From: Botryllus schlosseri
Lineage: Eukaryota
Length of the DNA stretch: 64,000 nt
NCBI GenBank assembly: GCA_051294905.1
Contig: CM119372.1
Span: 4,838,001-4,902,000, forward strand
Reading direction: 5' to 3'
Both the position numbers and the translations under genes were made by a program. Under the pieces are notes generated by a model. It ran no database searches. It was not told the origin of the DNA and was given only the letters and a program-made list of their open reading frames with translations. Of the stretch, positions 24,623 through 38,105 are shown piece by piece (position 1 is the first letter of the stretch; each line of letters begins with the position of its first letter).

Positions 24623-26183
24623 CAGAGTTGGATCAATTACAATATTTTAATTCAATTACAATTACAATTACAATTACTCAATGCTAAAAATATCAAATTA
24701 CACTTACAATTACTGTTAAACATGTAATTAATTACAATTATAATTACAATGACAATTACTTTTAAACAGGTAATTGATTCAGTAAAGAGGCGTTCTTTGA
24801 CAACCGTAGCGACGTAATTAGCAACAATCTCAAGCTATTCATGTTTCATTCCTGATATTTAGAATACCACTTAATTAAAAAAAAAAACTCGAACGTATTC
24901 GAACTATTCCTAATCATGAGTACTGTAAACAACAAGCACAGAAAAATGTTTCAAGCGACTGTTAAGAACCAAAGGTTTGAGCGACTAACAGCGAATAGGC
25001 TACAGGACAGTCAATGAATGTAATCAAACGATTAGGCTACTCAGAGCTGAGTCAGGATAGTGAAATGTAATTGGTAAGGCGTTAGCGATAACGATGATAC
25101 CGATAAGGTGCGTAAAATTGAAATAAATGCAAAAGCAAAGAACCTCCTGATAACTAAGAATTACAATATTTTGGTTCGCATTTACATTTTCACTTGCTCG
25201 GAAACTGTTAGATTGCATTTGATGAACATTAGGGTGTGAAAAGTTTCTGGCCCCAGTAAATTTGGCTAAGATTGGAGGTAAGATTGGGATAACATCTCTA
25301 CAAATGCGTGATCAAGTTTGATGAAGCCTTGGTTGGACACTTGAATTTTTTTGCTATTGTTGCAACAAGCCTCGGTACTGGTCAGAGATTTAAAAAAAAC
25401 TTAGACCGTGGTGTAGAAAATGGTTCAGCACAGGTTTCAGAAGAGTTTATTTGCTGTTCATCCATTTTTGAAATATTAAGATTTAGTTTAGCCCACTGGT
25501 TCTCTAACTTTTTTAGACACGCCCCCCTTTATGACAGTGGATATTTCGTGCCCCCCTTATTGTCATAGCACACAATGAAACCAGAAAGTTAGAAATCCTT
25601 ACATATAGTTTGATGGTATGGAAGGTTATGACCGTTGATGAGAGAATTCTCCCATACGAAATTCAGACTATACACCGAGCAATAACCATAAAACGGAGGT
25701 GAATCGGGCCAAGCGCGGAAAAGAATTCAGTTTACTGGAGCGTCGCGCCCCGTCCAGATGCTTTCACGCCGCCCAAGGGAGCACGCCTCCAGTTTGAGAA
25801 CCACTGGTTAAGCCTATATTGTAATTCACAAAGTTTTCTGTTGCTACTGAAGTATGGGAAACAGTTTCGCGTGACTGAATTATCTAGTTATAATGCAGCA
25901 CGCATAGAACACCAATGTAAATAGGCTAATTATTACACGTGGTGACTGTTTACTAAGGCCTTAAGCCCCTCGTCGTTACCCGGGTTCGTACCGGATTTTC
26001 ACTGGTGCGACGAATAATTGATTGATTAAATGATTATTTTATGTTGTGATTGTCAGGTTTCCATGATAATGTAATTGAGATTGTAATTGAGCAAAATTTT
26101 GATCAAATAACAATTACAATTACATGAAAAAATGTAATTTATTACATTAAGCTCAATTACAAATTACAATTGATCCAACTCTG
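24623..26183. mobile_element. hAT-type element with (CAATTA)n subterminal arrays
   Basis: TIR CAGAGTTGGATCAATT/AATTGATCCAACTCTG; exact TSD GTGGTTAC. Confidence 0.92.
25494..25806. mobile_element. Small hAT-type MITE, innermost of the stack
   Basis: CACTGGTTCTC...GAGAACCACTG termini; TSD gtttagcc/gttaagcc (7/8). Confidence 0.8.
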
Positions 26184-27234
26184 GTGGTTACAATACGTAT
26201 TATGGTAGAAATAATTAAACATTTTTGTAGTACAACGAGAGATATTTTCCTACATTCTTGGGTAGAAAGTGCATGTCCTTACTAAGAAGCTTGCCAAGGA
26301 CGTTCAACAGCAGCAGTTGCTGGCTGACAACACTCAAGTTGTGCGTACACTGCTGGTGACACACCGTGTTGCTTCATTCTGACAATGTTGTCTACATCAC
26401 AATTTTTCATCATGCGCTTATTAATATAAGAATGATGCAATGCCCAAGAAGTCTTACTTCAGTTAGGATATTGCGGTACGTTGACCATAACACCATGTCT
26501 ACCTATTTGTTTTATTTGACCGTTTATGATTCACAATGATCAGACAATTAGCTGTTTAGAACGGTAGGTCTATAAAGTAGGCTACAAGCTGTAAAATATC
26601 AAATGATAAGTTCACCGTCAGTGCAAAATCTACGATACAAATGAAATGCAGAAGTCAAAAAATCTTTGACTTTATGAACAGTTTTGACAAATTTTGACCT
26701 AACGCTACAATTTTGACAAAATTATGACAAATTTTGACATGTCAAAATAAACCGCCCTACTAGTTAGTAATGAATGAGACCATTCATTCAAGTGCACAAT
26801 CGTTTACTCCAGTATCGATTTGCGAATGTAAATAGGGAAATGCATCGAAGCAGCCCAGATCGCTATTATAGTCCGCATAGCTTACAATTGTCTCGATGCG
26901 GACTAGTCAATGCAGTGTCCGAACCCTGCCCTGGTGTTGAATATAAGAGGGCAATTAGTGATTGGATGCGGGCTTTCCAATTTCTAATCATCAATTTTGA
27001 GTATTCATTCTTGTCTGCTTGATACACTCCTATTCTTGAATTATTGCGCAATGTCACTTGCGTGCTTGTAGTATTATTGGTTAGTGACTTTACAGTGCAG
27101 GACGTTGAATTAAGTTCTTAAATATTGATGCACCACCAGTTTGTCAGGGGCACTAATTTTGAGTTTATTCGATTCGTTTGAAGGGAACCTTCTATACTCC
27201 ACTATACTTGATCGACGACGGACGGACTGGTAAC

Positions 27235-29514
27235 CAGGGATTGGGAGCAGCCGTAAATTTGCATTGCTCCAGCTCCGGCCCCGGAGCTTTTTTCTATCAT
27301 ACACTAGCTCCGGCTCCGGCTCTGTAAACTATCGAAGGTGTCTGTCTATATCAGGGGTGGGCAACCCGCGGCCTGCGGGCCATATATGGCCCGGGAGAAG
27401 GTTTTGAGCAACCCGCGAGCTAATTTCCCATTATAGTATCGAAATCCTGTTATATTATCGAAATTGAATTGCTCAGATTGTGAACTTGCAAGGCCAACCA
27501 AAAATATGATTAGTCTGGTCGCGACACTTGGGATGATGATGACTAAAATATCAGTTCCGACGCATTTGCAGATCCAGGGTCCAGCCACATTTTTAGTAAA
27601 TCGTCGTACATTACAATAAACTAAAAGAGTAGTAAAATGTTTCTTCACGCTTCGCGTGTTTAATTGTCACACGATTTCTTGCTTTGTAGCCTACTCTCTC
27701 CTGAAAATGAAAAAACGCCTGATTTAGCCGATTGAGTCTAACTATATTCGCAATTACGAGAGAAAGTATTTTCGCGTTTGCGCTCGCAGAAAGATCGTCG
27801 AGGATGAAATGTAGGCACAAAATGATTGTCGTATATTAGCGGAAATCATCGATATTGATATGTCCAGATGCCGAATAGTCCTGTTCTTGCAAACTGAGCC
27901 CAGCGGGCGGTATACAGTCGACCCACAATATACCCAAGTAATAATAATATTACCTTGGAAATTTTTACGCGTCTGGCGCGGCTAGTGGGCAGCGCACTCG
28001 TTCGTCAATTTCATGTGCATGGCCCTTTAGCCGAAAAGGCTGGCCACCCCTGGTCTATATCGATTACTTATTTACCCGAAGGTTAGTTATCTATAGTAAT
28101 CTAGAGTCTGTCAGCCGTCAGTAACATCGGGTGCAACAACGAAGACGTAGGTGCCGCCGTGTCGGCTTGTGGCGTCATAGTGAATACTTCTCAATTGTCG
28201 ATATCATCATAGTTGCACTAAAACGCACTTTACTCCATGCCATTGCTGTGTACAGTATGAAAATTCTGGTGCGGCGTTTTAACACTGGCACTGTACTCGT
28301 TAACATTAAGCCATACAGCTCAATCCAATCTTTAAATAAGCGATAATTATTCAACTGTAACTGTAGTAAGAGCAATCTGGGCGGACATCACGACCTGATC
28401 AATAGAAATTCGATTTGTACCAAATGGCCAATGGTTTGACGTTCGATATTGGTGCACTCGTTACCAGTCCATCCGGTGTCGATCAAGTTTATCGAAATAT
28501 AATATTTTCCCGTTGAAACAAATCAAATAATCGAATCGAACACTGTGCCATGCACATTGCGCCATGCCCATAACGAATTAAACTATGCAGTATGCACATT
28601 GCACATTTACAAATCACAGTGCGCGATAATCCGGGAATACTAGAGATTAAGCAGACATGAAGAAGGAATTTACGAAACAGATGATTACAAATTGGAAATC
28701 GCGTATCAAATCAGTAATTTGTCTCCAACATAAAATACCATAAGGTCCTGACATCGCATTGAGTAGCTCGCCCCGCGACAATTGTTCGCTGAGTGTAACG
28801 GCGTTTTGGGCTACTCTTCTGCCATCCCCTATTCACGCTCGAAAATCCTTACTGGAGTGAATGACGATCATGCGCAGTAATGAATTCCAATTCGCGTGCA
28901 TAATTGCATACTCAATAACTGTCCAATTTCGCCCACCGATTAAAGAACTATCACGAAAGAACGAGTATTTGGTCATCCGATTCATAGCAACGATGAGATG
29001 GAATTTCTCGGCTCGCGCTCGTTATATCGACATGTGCAACGAAATAACGTTTTTATCCTCTCTCCCGTTTCGCGTAATACATAGTGATCATTATTTTCGA
29101 ACCGTACAATTGGCCAACAAGGTTGTGCTGATGATGAAATTGCGGGTATGCCGAATACCACAATATTCACGGGCATATCTAGCAAAACGAGGTTCGGCAC
29201 TGATATATGAAAATTGAGCATTTAACATATGAATGCTTTGCTGTTAAATCCCAAAGAACATGGTTAGTCGGAAAAGGTCGCGTTAAAGAGGAAAAGATTC
29301 ATAATTTCGCGAAGGCCTGCTGTTGAATTATGTGAACTCAGCAGATATGGTTGTTGCATATATAATAGCATCTTATGAAATATGTCGGAGCCGGAGCTAC
29401 CCCTCAAATAACTAGCTCCAGCTCTGGCTCCGGTTGAATTTTATGTAGAGCTCCGGCTCCGGTCCCAGCTCCGGTAAAAATGCACGGCTCCGGGGCTCCG
29501 GCTCCAAAGCCCTG
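27235..29514. mobile_element. Second family E copy, inverted, inside the first
   Basis: CAGGGATTGGGAGC...GCTCCAAAGCCCTG termini; exact TSD CTGGTAAC (27227-27234, 29515-29522). Confidence 0.88.
27352..28052. mobile_element. hAT-type MITE family B
   Basis: CAGGGGTGG...CCACCCCTG TIRs; exact TSD GTCTATAT. Confidence 0.92.
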
Positions 29515-30304
29515 CTGGTAACGACCGCACAAATATCTAATCTGAAGCCATTCGATATATTTGGTAAATAGTGGCTTTTTGTTGATAAGGTCGCGACATG
29601 CGCTCATTTCTGCAGTTACATCTGAACAAATGGCACCATTTCAAGATTAAATCGGACTGTATCGCTTGATATTAACGAGCGCAGAACTGGTATTAAAACA
29701 TCACGTCACTGTTTTAATGCTGTACAATGTACAATGTACATACAATAATGGGGTAAATTGCGTTCTCGTGCGGCTATGACGTCATCGACAGACGGCACGA
29801 AGTAATTATCACGTCACATGTCTTATATATACCTCCACGAAATGATGGTTCCTTGCGACGGCTACAACCGAAGATAGTTGTCGGAGCTGGAGCAGCGGTA
29901 TCAATGAGCTCCGGAGCATGGAGCCGGAGCTGATTCATCAGAGAAGAGAGCTCCGGAGCCAGAGCTGGAGCAGTTCAAAATTTACGACTGCTCCAAAGCC
30001 CTTCTCGCAGTCCCTCATTTCGGTTAAGAGATGTTCAATTGTTCATTCAAGTCGAATGGAGCAGGTGGTGGTTAGACAATTTCAATCCCTATTCCCTTCC
30101 CACTCACAATCGGAGCCGCGACCGCTGTACTCACGCCATTAACAGCATTGTCCACTTGGTTGTCGCGTTTGCTTTACGCAGACACCAGACAATTAATAAG
30201 TTCAATCTACACATAAATTTGCGAGACATGATCAACAGAATATTACCGTACACCGTAAGATGGCGCAGTCAGATACTTTATAATGTTGTACGTTGTACCG
30301 CAAG

Positions 30305-30810
30305 TAGGGCTGGGCAAAATCGAGTACCTGAGTGATTCAATTCTGAATCATGTATTACGCTTCGAGTCGAGTATTCGAGTATCACTCATTATGACGTCAC
30401 ACCGTAATGTACTATGTCAAAGTTCAAATATGTACCTTTTATGTCACGACAAAGAGCAATGCCTGTTATCCGTCACAGTAAAGATACTATGGTATTTTTT
30501 CGACCATACCGATTTCACTACACTTCTTGACAATGTTGTGGGATGATGATGACTTCGAAAATGTGTTATTCCCAGTAACGTCCGTACCTTTGTACTGTCT
30601 CGTATGCTGCGACATGGCCAATCAAGGTATCAAGGCTTCCTTAGTGGAAAATAGTATCAAAACTATAAATCTCGTTAGTAAATTAACTTTCAGTTGCGAG
30701 GAGCGTATAATTTCAGTACTCGAAAAAATCGTCTTTGACTACTCGTCTCGAATCATGAAAATTATTACTCGATTCAGATTCGAGTACTCGAATCATTGTG
30801 CCCAGCCCTA
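30305..30810. mobile_element. hAT-type MITE (TAGGGCTGGGCA...TGCCCAGCCCTA; CGAGTA/TACTCG repeats)
   Basis: Perfect TIR and exact TSD ACCGCAAG; related termini at ~50-127 and ~3696-3790. Confidence 0.92.
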
Positions 30811-31886
30811 ACCGCAAGCAGTCGTAGTCGTACTATAGAGTTGTACCAAGCTCGACTGACATAATTTCATGTCTCAACACAATGTACATTCGACCGTGCC
30901 ACTCACTTGCAGTGAAACCAATTTGTCGTCGGAATTTCCACCAGGTCTGCAACATTATGTGTGGCATGAGCAACGGCGTGCACATTTCAGAAGTAGCCTA
31001 GCAGTGAAACCTACATTAATTCGTCATAGCAGAGCAAGCAATAGTTGTTGTTATTGATTGCATGGCGTTTGGTCGCGGCCTTGTCATCTTCCGCGTGATA
31101 AGACATGGAACTTGGTAGCTGCTATGGTTTTATGGTGACTTGCAAAAGCAAAACCTGTTTTTCATCTTGAGTTTAGTAAGGCAATAAATACACGCAGCAT
31201 GGCTTTTTAGACAAAACTTTTATACTTTAGTAGTAGTAATGAGGGGCGGATCGACAACTTTCCTAGTCCGACTCCGATCCTGTTTCTTTAAAACGGAATC
31301 CGGATTCAATCTGACGGTACCAAAAGAGTCTGAATCCGGCTCCGAACAAAAATGAAGCAATCTTTCCAATATCCACTACGGATTTGGCTAAATGTTGCAC
31401 ACTACTCCCCTGTAGCCTACTCCGGCCGTAGCATTAAAAGTACGAATCCAGCTCCAGCCAAATAAAATCTGGCGGATATCTAGTCCACGGACAATCCATT
31501 CCCCGCACTACTAAGCAGGGGTATTATAGTGCCGACCTGCATCTGCATCGGACATGACCCCGCATCTCAGAGGTGTCTCAGCGGTTGAACATACCACCAT
31601 AATAGTTAGCTTTACAAGTTGAAAACCAGTTATAGTACAATACCAGTGAATTCGAAGGTCCCTGGCATATTATCCCGATACATTACCGTCAAAAACCGTG
31701 ACTAATTTTTTATTGTTGAAGAGAAAATTGAAAACGCACATCTGGCGCTTATCACCTCTAACGTCCGCCGTGGAAACGTTCAGTGTTAAATTGTATCAAA
31801 TTAACTGGATATTGATAGGTGAAATAAAAGAATTGTTGGTAAAGCGAACTCGGCAAGTGTTGGTGGAATTTCAGGTCGCACTAAAA

Positions 31887-33106
31887 CAACCTATTGCTCC
31901 GCGCGCCAAATGTGACCCGCGAAGCAATTCTCGACACTAGTTATAATATCAAAATAATAAATTAGCAATGCGATTTATTGTGAACTTGGAAGGCCAACCA
32001 AAAATTTAATTAGCTTGACCGCGAAATTTGGGATGTTGATGACTAAAATATCAGCTCCGACATGTTGGCGTAGCCAGGTCCCAGCTACATTTCCGTACGT
32101 CTTCGTACTAGGGTTGCATTTAAAACAAAATTCAATTTAAAACAAACATGTTTAAAACAAGGCCCTAATTTAAAATATTGTTTTTAAGCCATGGCGTCAC
32201 GAATATTAAGCTGCGACGTCATAGTGGATTGTCATTGACAATTGAAAATATAGGGTAAATATAGCTCCTTTGACGAAATATCTGTAATATTAATGTTGAA
32301 CCGACTATTTTTCGGGTTCCAGCCATCCCATATCGATATACGTAGGCTATATTGGGTGGCATAATTGTCCGTAGGCTCAGACGACAGGTTTTTTGGAAAG
32401 TAGTTACATAATTATGGCAATACAACTTTAACAAAACACATTTTTATAAAGGTCTTTGTTTAAAACACTGTTTGTTTCAATACAAACCTACTTCGTACGT
32501 GACCGTAAAGAAGAATATTCCGTGGCAGATTTATTTGACTTGGTATTTTTGTTAGCACTTCGCACGATTTATTGTCACTCGTTTTTTTTTTCTTTTAGTA
32601 TTGGTGCCCCTACTGATAATTAAAATTCAAAAACTGCATCCAATTCACAGAATTCAGTCTAACTATATTCACAAATCGCAATTATAAGAAAAGGAGTCGT
32701 CCAACATGCGACTACGCGCCTGCACTCGCAGAAAGGTCGTCGGCGATAAAACCTTTGCACAAAATGATAGACGCATGTTCGCCGAAGTCTGCGATATTGA
32801 TAAGTCCAAGCGCCGAATAATCCTGTCCTTGCCAAATGAGCTCAGCGATATACAGAGGCGCCGCGCAATATCTGCAAGTAGCATTATTATTGACTGAATT
32901 CATTCATTACCTTTGAAAAGATTTTGCGCTTCGCGCGGCTAGAACATGAATCCACTCATAGTTTTCACGATATATTTTAATGCATAATAAAATAGATCTT
33001 GTTTTCAACGTTACCTAATCCGGTTCGCTCCTATCTCTTCAAGTGGCCCACGCAATGGTTCGTAAATGTCAGGTGGCCCTTTGGCCGAAAAGGTTGGTCA
33101 CCCCTG
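31887..33106. mobile_element. hAT-type MITE family B-related copy with a damaged left TIR
   Basis: Right end AGGTTGGTCACCCCTG; CACTAAAA on both flanks (31879-31886, 33107-33114). Confidence 0.8.
32109..32490. mobile_element. MITE family A copy nested in a family B element
   Basis: TAGGGTTGCA...AAACCTA termini; exact 8-bp TSD CTTCGTAC (32101-32108, 32491-32498). Confidence 0.9.
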
Positions 33107-33647
33107 CACTAAAAGGTGGCATGTTGTAACTTGTAAATTCAATTTCAGACAATAATCAAACAAATGATCGATGGTGTTCGTATTTTCGGAATGCGAAGAT
33201 AAATTTTCACCATTTCGGTAACGGGAAATGAATCACCCGAAATTGTATGTTGCATCATCAAATGCGATTCACGCAATAATGTTCGGATAAAAGGCGAAGA
33301 ATTATGACGTCATACTGGCGATATCTGCGCATTGACGATAACCATGTTTGTACGAAAAGCTTCGGGAAGAAATATGAATACATTATTCAAATGTGTCATG
33401 AAGTTCTGTACTCCAAAGCGGCTTTTTGTACCGATTTATGAAACCTTTGTTTTGACTCCGCGTCTTAACTTCTCAGTATTCGTTATGTAACACGGTCCTA
33501 ATGCAGCCTACTTCGTGATCGACGTCCGCACACCAGATATTGGGCGCTTTTTCCTCGAATGGTAGAGAAGCTATGCTAACCAACGTATAAGAGTTTAACA
33601 GGAGTGCACTTGTGTCCCGGAACCTGTCCGTCAATGCACCAACCCGA

Positions 33648-33890
33648 CAAGATGGCGTATTGGTGGCTTCTTGATCGGTAAGACCTGAGTTCAATCTCCG
33701 GCAGGGTCAGACCGTGGCTTCACTGCTTGGCATTGAACATTCCGAGATGGCATCTAGGCTTGGTGGGGTGGTGCAAGACTTAGAAAGCCTAACAAGGCTA
33801 TCCACGCCTTCCTTGTCCACGTCCAGCCGCATATATAAGCTACATCACGCTCTCTGGTATGTATATGAGCAATGAACATGTACGTACTCA
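33648..33890 (+). mobile_element. Degenerate tRNA-head SINE with a Meta-like core
   Basis: TGGCGTATTGG A-box-like and GAGTTCAATCTCC B-box-like motifs, then GGCAGGGTCAGACC...CTGCTTGGCATTGAACATT. Confidence 0.5.
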
Positions 33891-34698
33891 TTGTACATCA
33901 GGAGTCGGTGTTCTGCAAAACATCAAGAACGAAGATAGAAAACTATGTCGCTTCTGCTGTGATTCCTAAAGGATCTCAATGCCCAAACATGCTAAATTAA
34001 GGATCAAAGTTGAATCAAGACGGGTTCAATTTGATTCGACGTCTCATAAATCTCTGCTGATCGCGGTTGTTTAGTTCCAACCTTAATTAGCAATTTAGGA
34101 CACACGCGTTAGCCAACTGAGATGAAGTGGCCATGAATCGCGTTACTATAAAGCACAAAGACAAATAAAAGACTACACTAAATTAAATCGATATTAGGCG
34201 TGACTGTTTAAAGAAATGTTGTAATGTTCAGACTCATATTTACCACACCAACATACCTCGCCATGGTCTACAGAAGAACTTATACCATAGCGCGGCGCGA
34301 CGATTAAACACGTGCTTGGTGTCGCGTACCAATAAAAATCCTGTCAATATCTTGATTCGGTTACGACTGTGTGTCCTCGCGGAAAGCCGCTTTAATGTCG
34401 GTGAGGCAGCCTTTTAACAGAGACTGTTAAATTTAACAACTGAATTTTGTAATAAAATCGGCGTAATGCGTGCAGAAACATCATGAGATCTGTCGCTGGG
34501 CACGGTAATAAATTGTTATACGAGCTCTCAGTTGCGCCAATTTCGGCAGAGTGCGGGACAAGTCCGTTTGCGTCGATCTGTCCAAGTGTCCATCATATTA
34601 TGTCTTGTAGACATATTGTTTCATGCTGAACATTTTCAAAATTATGACCAAAGCAGATCATAAGTGCAATCTCATCCTTCAGCAACAGCATTTTGCAG

Positions 34699-35009
34699 GA
34701 TATTTACAACACCACCTTCCTCACACCCACACGCACCACCGCGCGCCGTCTTACGGGGTCCTCCATCCGCCGCACGGCCACCAACAACTTCACACCGCGC
34801 ACCACCAAAGGAAGAAGCGGCAGCCGTACACCAAGTCGCAGATTGCGCGCCTAGAGAAAGAATATAAGATGAACAACTTCATCACCAGGCAGAAACGAGA
34901 GGAAATATCGCGGGACCTGAAACTCACCGACCGGCAAGTGAAGATTTGGTTTCAGAATCGACGCGTTAAGGATAAGAAATTGCGGCAACGGGAAATTAGA
35001 GAAAATCAG
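34699..35009 (+). CDS. Hox13: Hox13-type gene, homeobox exon
   Basis: His-rich linker, then [61 protein letters not shown]20 and V54 (WFQNRRVK) are PG13 hallmarks. Bounded by TTTTGCAG and CAG|GTGTGC (phase 0). Confidence 0.93.
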
Positions 35010-36139
35010 GTGTGCTGGACATTTCTGTGTTAGCTAATACATCACTGTACAGTGTACAGAATTAGCCTGCATATATAGATCGAGAGTAACACAAGATCGT
35101 AAAGCATGGGTTCTTAAACTATTGGTCGCGAAGGGTATACTTTTGGGTGGCGACCGCACCAGAGCGATCTTATAATATATATGTAATATTTGCTGAATTT
35201 ATTACAACAACAAATGTTTGTACGTTTCTAAGGTAACTGCCGTGGGTAACCTACTATAGCCAATAAGCGAGACACGCAGAAAAGTGATTGCGGCAATACA
35301 GCTTGATACTGAAAATGTACCGACCCTATTTGTATTAAGCAAATTGGTTCGATGTACTGATAAGATTTGTCAGACATTGGTGTCCCCCTTCAGGTAGACT
35401 AATGGACAGGGTCAACTGAAAATCGGTATAAATGACGCGGAATAATCCGGACGTTCGAGAGGATTTTCCTTATTTTTAGTCAACACCAAATCAGTATCGT
35501 AAAAATGTGGGTAGTCCTGGGGTCGAGCCAAAGTGGTGAGAGTTTTAGTCAACACACCAACATTCCCGGTAAATATATCAAAATCAGCTGTTTTTAATTT
35601 CGGCAAACCGAATGAATGAATGAATTTTAAAACTCCTATCGGGATTTCATAATATGGTAACCCTAGTGTTCCCGAAATGGTATAATTTTGGCGGGTTATA
35701 ATCGGGTAGGGAGAGGGAGGAAGAGAGCGGCTAATAACTGAAGCACCTCATATTTTTAATTATTTTTGACTTTTCAGAAATTAAACTATCTGTATTGTCA
35801 ATTGTGTAAGAACAGTAGATTCCTATAGTATCGATTAACAACGTCGGATACCGTGTAACGTGCGTCAACGGAACTATTAGACACAGGCATTTTTGGGTCG
35901 ACCTTTTCCTCCCCGGGACACATGACGATGTGAAGTTTTGGCTAGCATACGCCTTGGCAAAGTGCGTTGCCAAAAAGACCGGCGATCAAACCTTGGTCTG
36001 AAATGACCGTCGCTGGCTGACCGAAACCTTCCATATTGATATGCTCGGTCGTCGAAATAGTCGGCACCAAATAGTCCCGTCCTTGCAATCGGAGCGTCGC
36101 GGTGCCTTCGCGGCCCGCACAGGAAAATAATGCAATGCA

Positions 36140-36290
36140 AATCAGTTCAGTTCGGTATATCAGCAATTTTTATCAGTTCAATACACCACAAAAATTGCGA
36201 TACAATGAAAAGACAGGAAGGTGTCGAAACGACTTGGAGTAGTCTTTGGAATCAGACACCCACCTTGGCCAAGGCGATGTAAACAGGAGG
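36140..36290 (-). repeat. Dispersed repeat, probable LINE 3' end; second copy at ~8685-8835
   Basis: Shared AGGAAGGTGTCGAAAC.ACTTG.AGTAGTCTTTG.AATC.GACAC...CGATGTAAA, preceded by a TCAGT/TTCAG-like microsatellite tail. Confidence 0.6.
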
Positions 36291-36680
36291 CATGCACATT
36301 GCACACTGAATGAAAAGTAAAAGAGAAAAGTATAGAAAAGGCAAGCAACAAAAAATCAATTTGAAATCACGCGTGTCACATATGTTTCATAGAACTGTGT
36401 TGTGTAAGGCCTACCGAAGTAAGCAACATAATTACCTGATACGTCTACCAATAGATCAGAAACATAGAACCTAACGGAGTTGTACCACGTCGTTTTGTGG
36501 AGATTTATGAGAATCCATATCTCACGATTAGTTCAGTGCGAGTATAGTGCCTGCTAAACATTGCGAATATGTTCGGAACCGAAAATCGATCCTATGTTGC
36601 TACTCATGGATAGTCAGTCCGCACAACAATGCAATATGAGTTTGATATTTCCGTTTCATTATCCGAATATTATTCGACAG

Positions 36681-36863
36681 ACGAACGGATATCCACCACA
36701 GCCGTCGAGTTCTCCGTTAGAACAACATCAGCTCCGCCCGATGTCGCCAATACCTCAAGTACCAATGCCTTTGGACCAACGCCATCTCGCGTCCGCGAAT
36801 AGCAACACTTTACTATCCCAAATCGCCAGGGACTATTCCATGGTTCCTCCAAGAATTGCTTGA
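36681..36863 (+). CDS. Hox13: Hox13-type gene, probable terminal coding exon (TNGYPPQPSSS...PPRIA*); full protein 259 aa
   Basis: Acceptor TATTCGACAG at 36671-36680 is phase 0 and in frame with a Pro/Gln/Ser-rich ORF ending TGA at 36863. Confidence 0.7.
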   Translation, partial: TNGYPPQPSSSPLEQHQLRPMSPIPQVPMPLDQRHLASANSNTLLSQIARDYSMVPPRIA

Positions 36864-37848
36864 CGTCCACGATATTTATGAGGAATTCGAATAACGCAGG
36901 TCAGCGGATAGCCTGGATCCCCGCCCCAGTTAAACGCCTGGTGCATATCCCAAGGATGTAAAACGACATTGCATTGCATAGAAATATCGGGAAAAAACTA
37001 TTGCGTTTCATATGTTCCAGTTATCATCTTGCTTTTTTGCACTACTCATCCCAATAATTATGTTCCGTACGTGTGTTCGCGCCGATTAGGTGCTTCAGGG
37101 GCATGTATGCGCACAATACTGATACACGAACTCTAAATACACGGAAAAGAATATGTGAAGTCTCTGGACGGAAGTATTTCTTTGAATATCATGCCCGCTA
37201 TGCAACGAAATACTGAACATGCAAAAGGCGATGTGGCGTGCACTTCGTAACGTACGAAATGCGAAGTCATTACGACTGTGCTTTCATTATGCCTACATTA
37301 CCGTGACTTCAAAAATCATTGCGTACTCAGATCCCCAGTATACATGACCTCACATTTATTAATTAATTGTTCAGTAATTAGCCTTGCCATAGATGGCTAC
37401 TGACATATAAGACATGGTTTGAAAGGGCTGTACCCTTAAAGCCGCGACTCAGATAATATCGGGACAAGATCCGTCTATAACTTTCGCGATGTTTTAACAG
37501 TCGCTATAAATATACGGTAATAATCGTTGGCAGCCTGGCCTAAACGCGACGCAGTTTCGTAAACTAAGCGCGGTGCAGTCACGCAGTTAAAGTATTATAC
37601 AATGTAAAACAATATGCGGCATAATTATCGGCGAAAAGAGTGTGCATTCACACCGAAACGGTGGTACACGAAAACATAAGAGGCGTCTGTCCAATATTTC
37701 ACCGGAAGTGTTAGCGAGTGATCAGCATTTTCTCATGTGTGTGTTTCAACTCAATTATTTGAGCGAATGAATACATTCAATCGCTAGCCTAGCTCCTTCA
37801 GCCAATTCATAGAAAAAATGGTTCTGATTGATTCATGGCGCAAAGCAT

Positions 37849-38105
37849 CAGGGTTCTCGAACTAAAATTTGTTCGCAGGTCAATATCTAAGTTTTTGATG
37901 AAGTCGCGGGGAGCAGTATCAATAATAACGGTTTCAATGTTTTAACAAGTAGGCCTTATTTGACGGGACCCCGCAGAATGACATCCCTCGCCCGGCGTGA
38001 AAATGTGATTTACTACGTAGCACGAAAAAAAAAATATTTTAAAATATTTTAATAAAATTTTTGTTGTACTTCCTTTCGATGTGGGCCGCGTGTTTGAGAC
38101 CGCTA
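37849..38105. mobile_element. Degenerate short MITE related to 52194-53377
   Basis: CAGGGTTCTCGAACT...GGGCCGCGTGTTTGAGACC termini; a similar right end occurs at ~2375-2397. Confidence 0.55.

Larger units (their letters stand above)
24399..26759 (-). mobile_element. hAT family C copy (TAGGGCG...CGCCCTA; TTTGAC subterminal repeats) with a transposase remnant at ~26200-26450
   Basis: Homologous to 5096-6063; flanks cttattag/ctagttag (6/8). Confidence 0.8.
23924..30003. mobile_element. hAT-type element family E with (GGAGCC)n subterminal arrays; outermost element of a nested stack
   Basis: CAGGGCTTCGGAG...CTCCAAAGCCCTT termini; exact TSD CTCGCAGT (23916-23923, 30004-30011). Confidence 0.88.
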
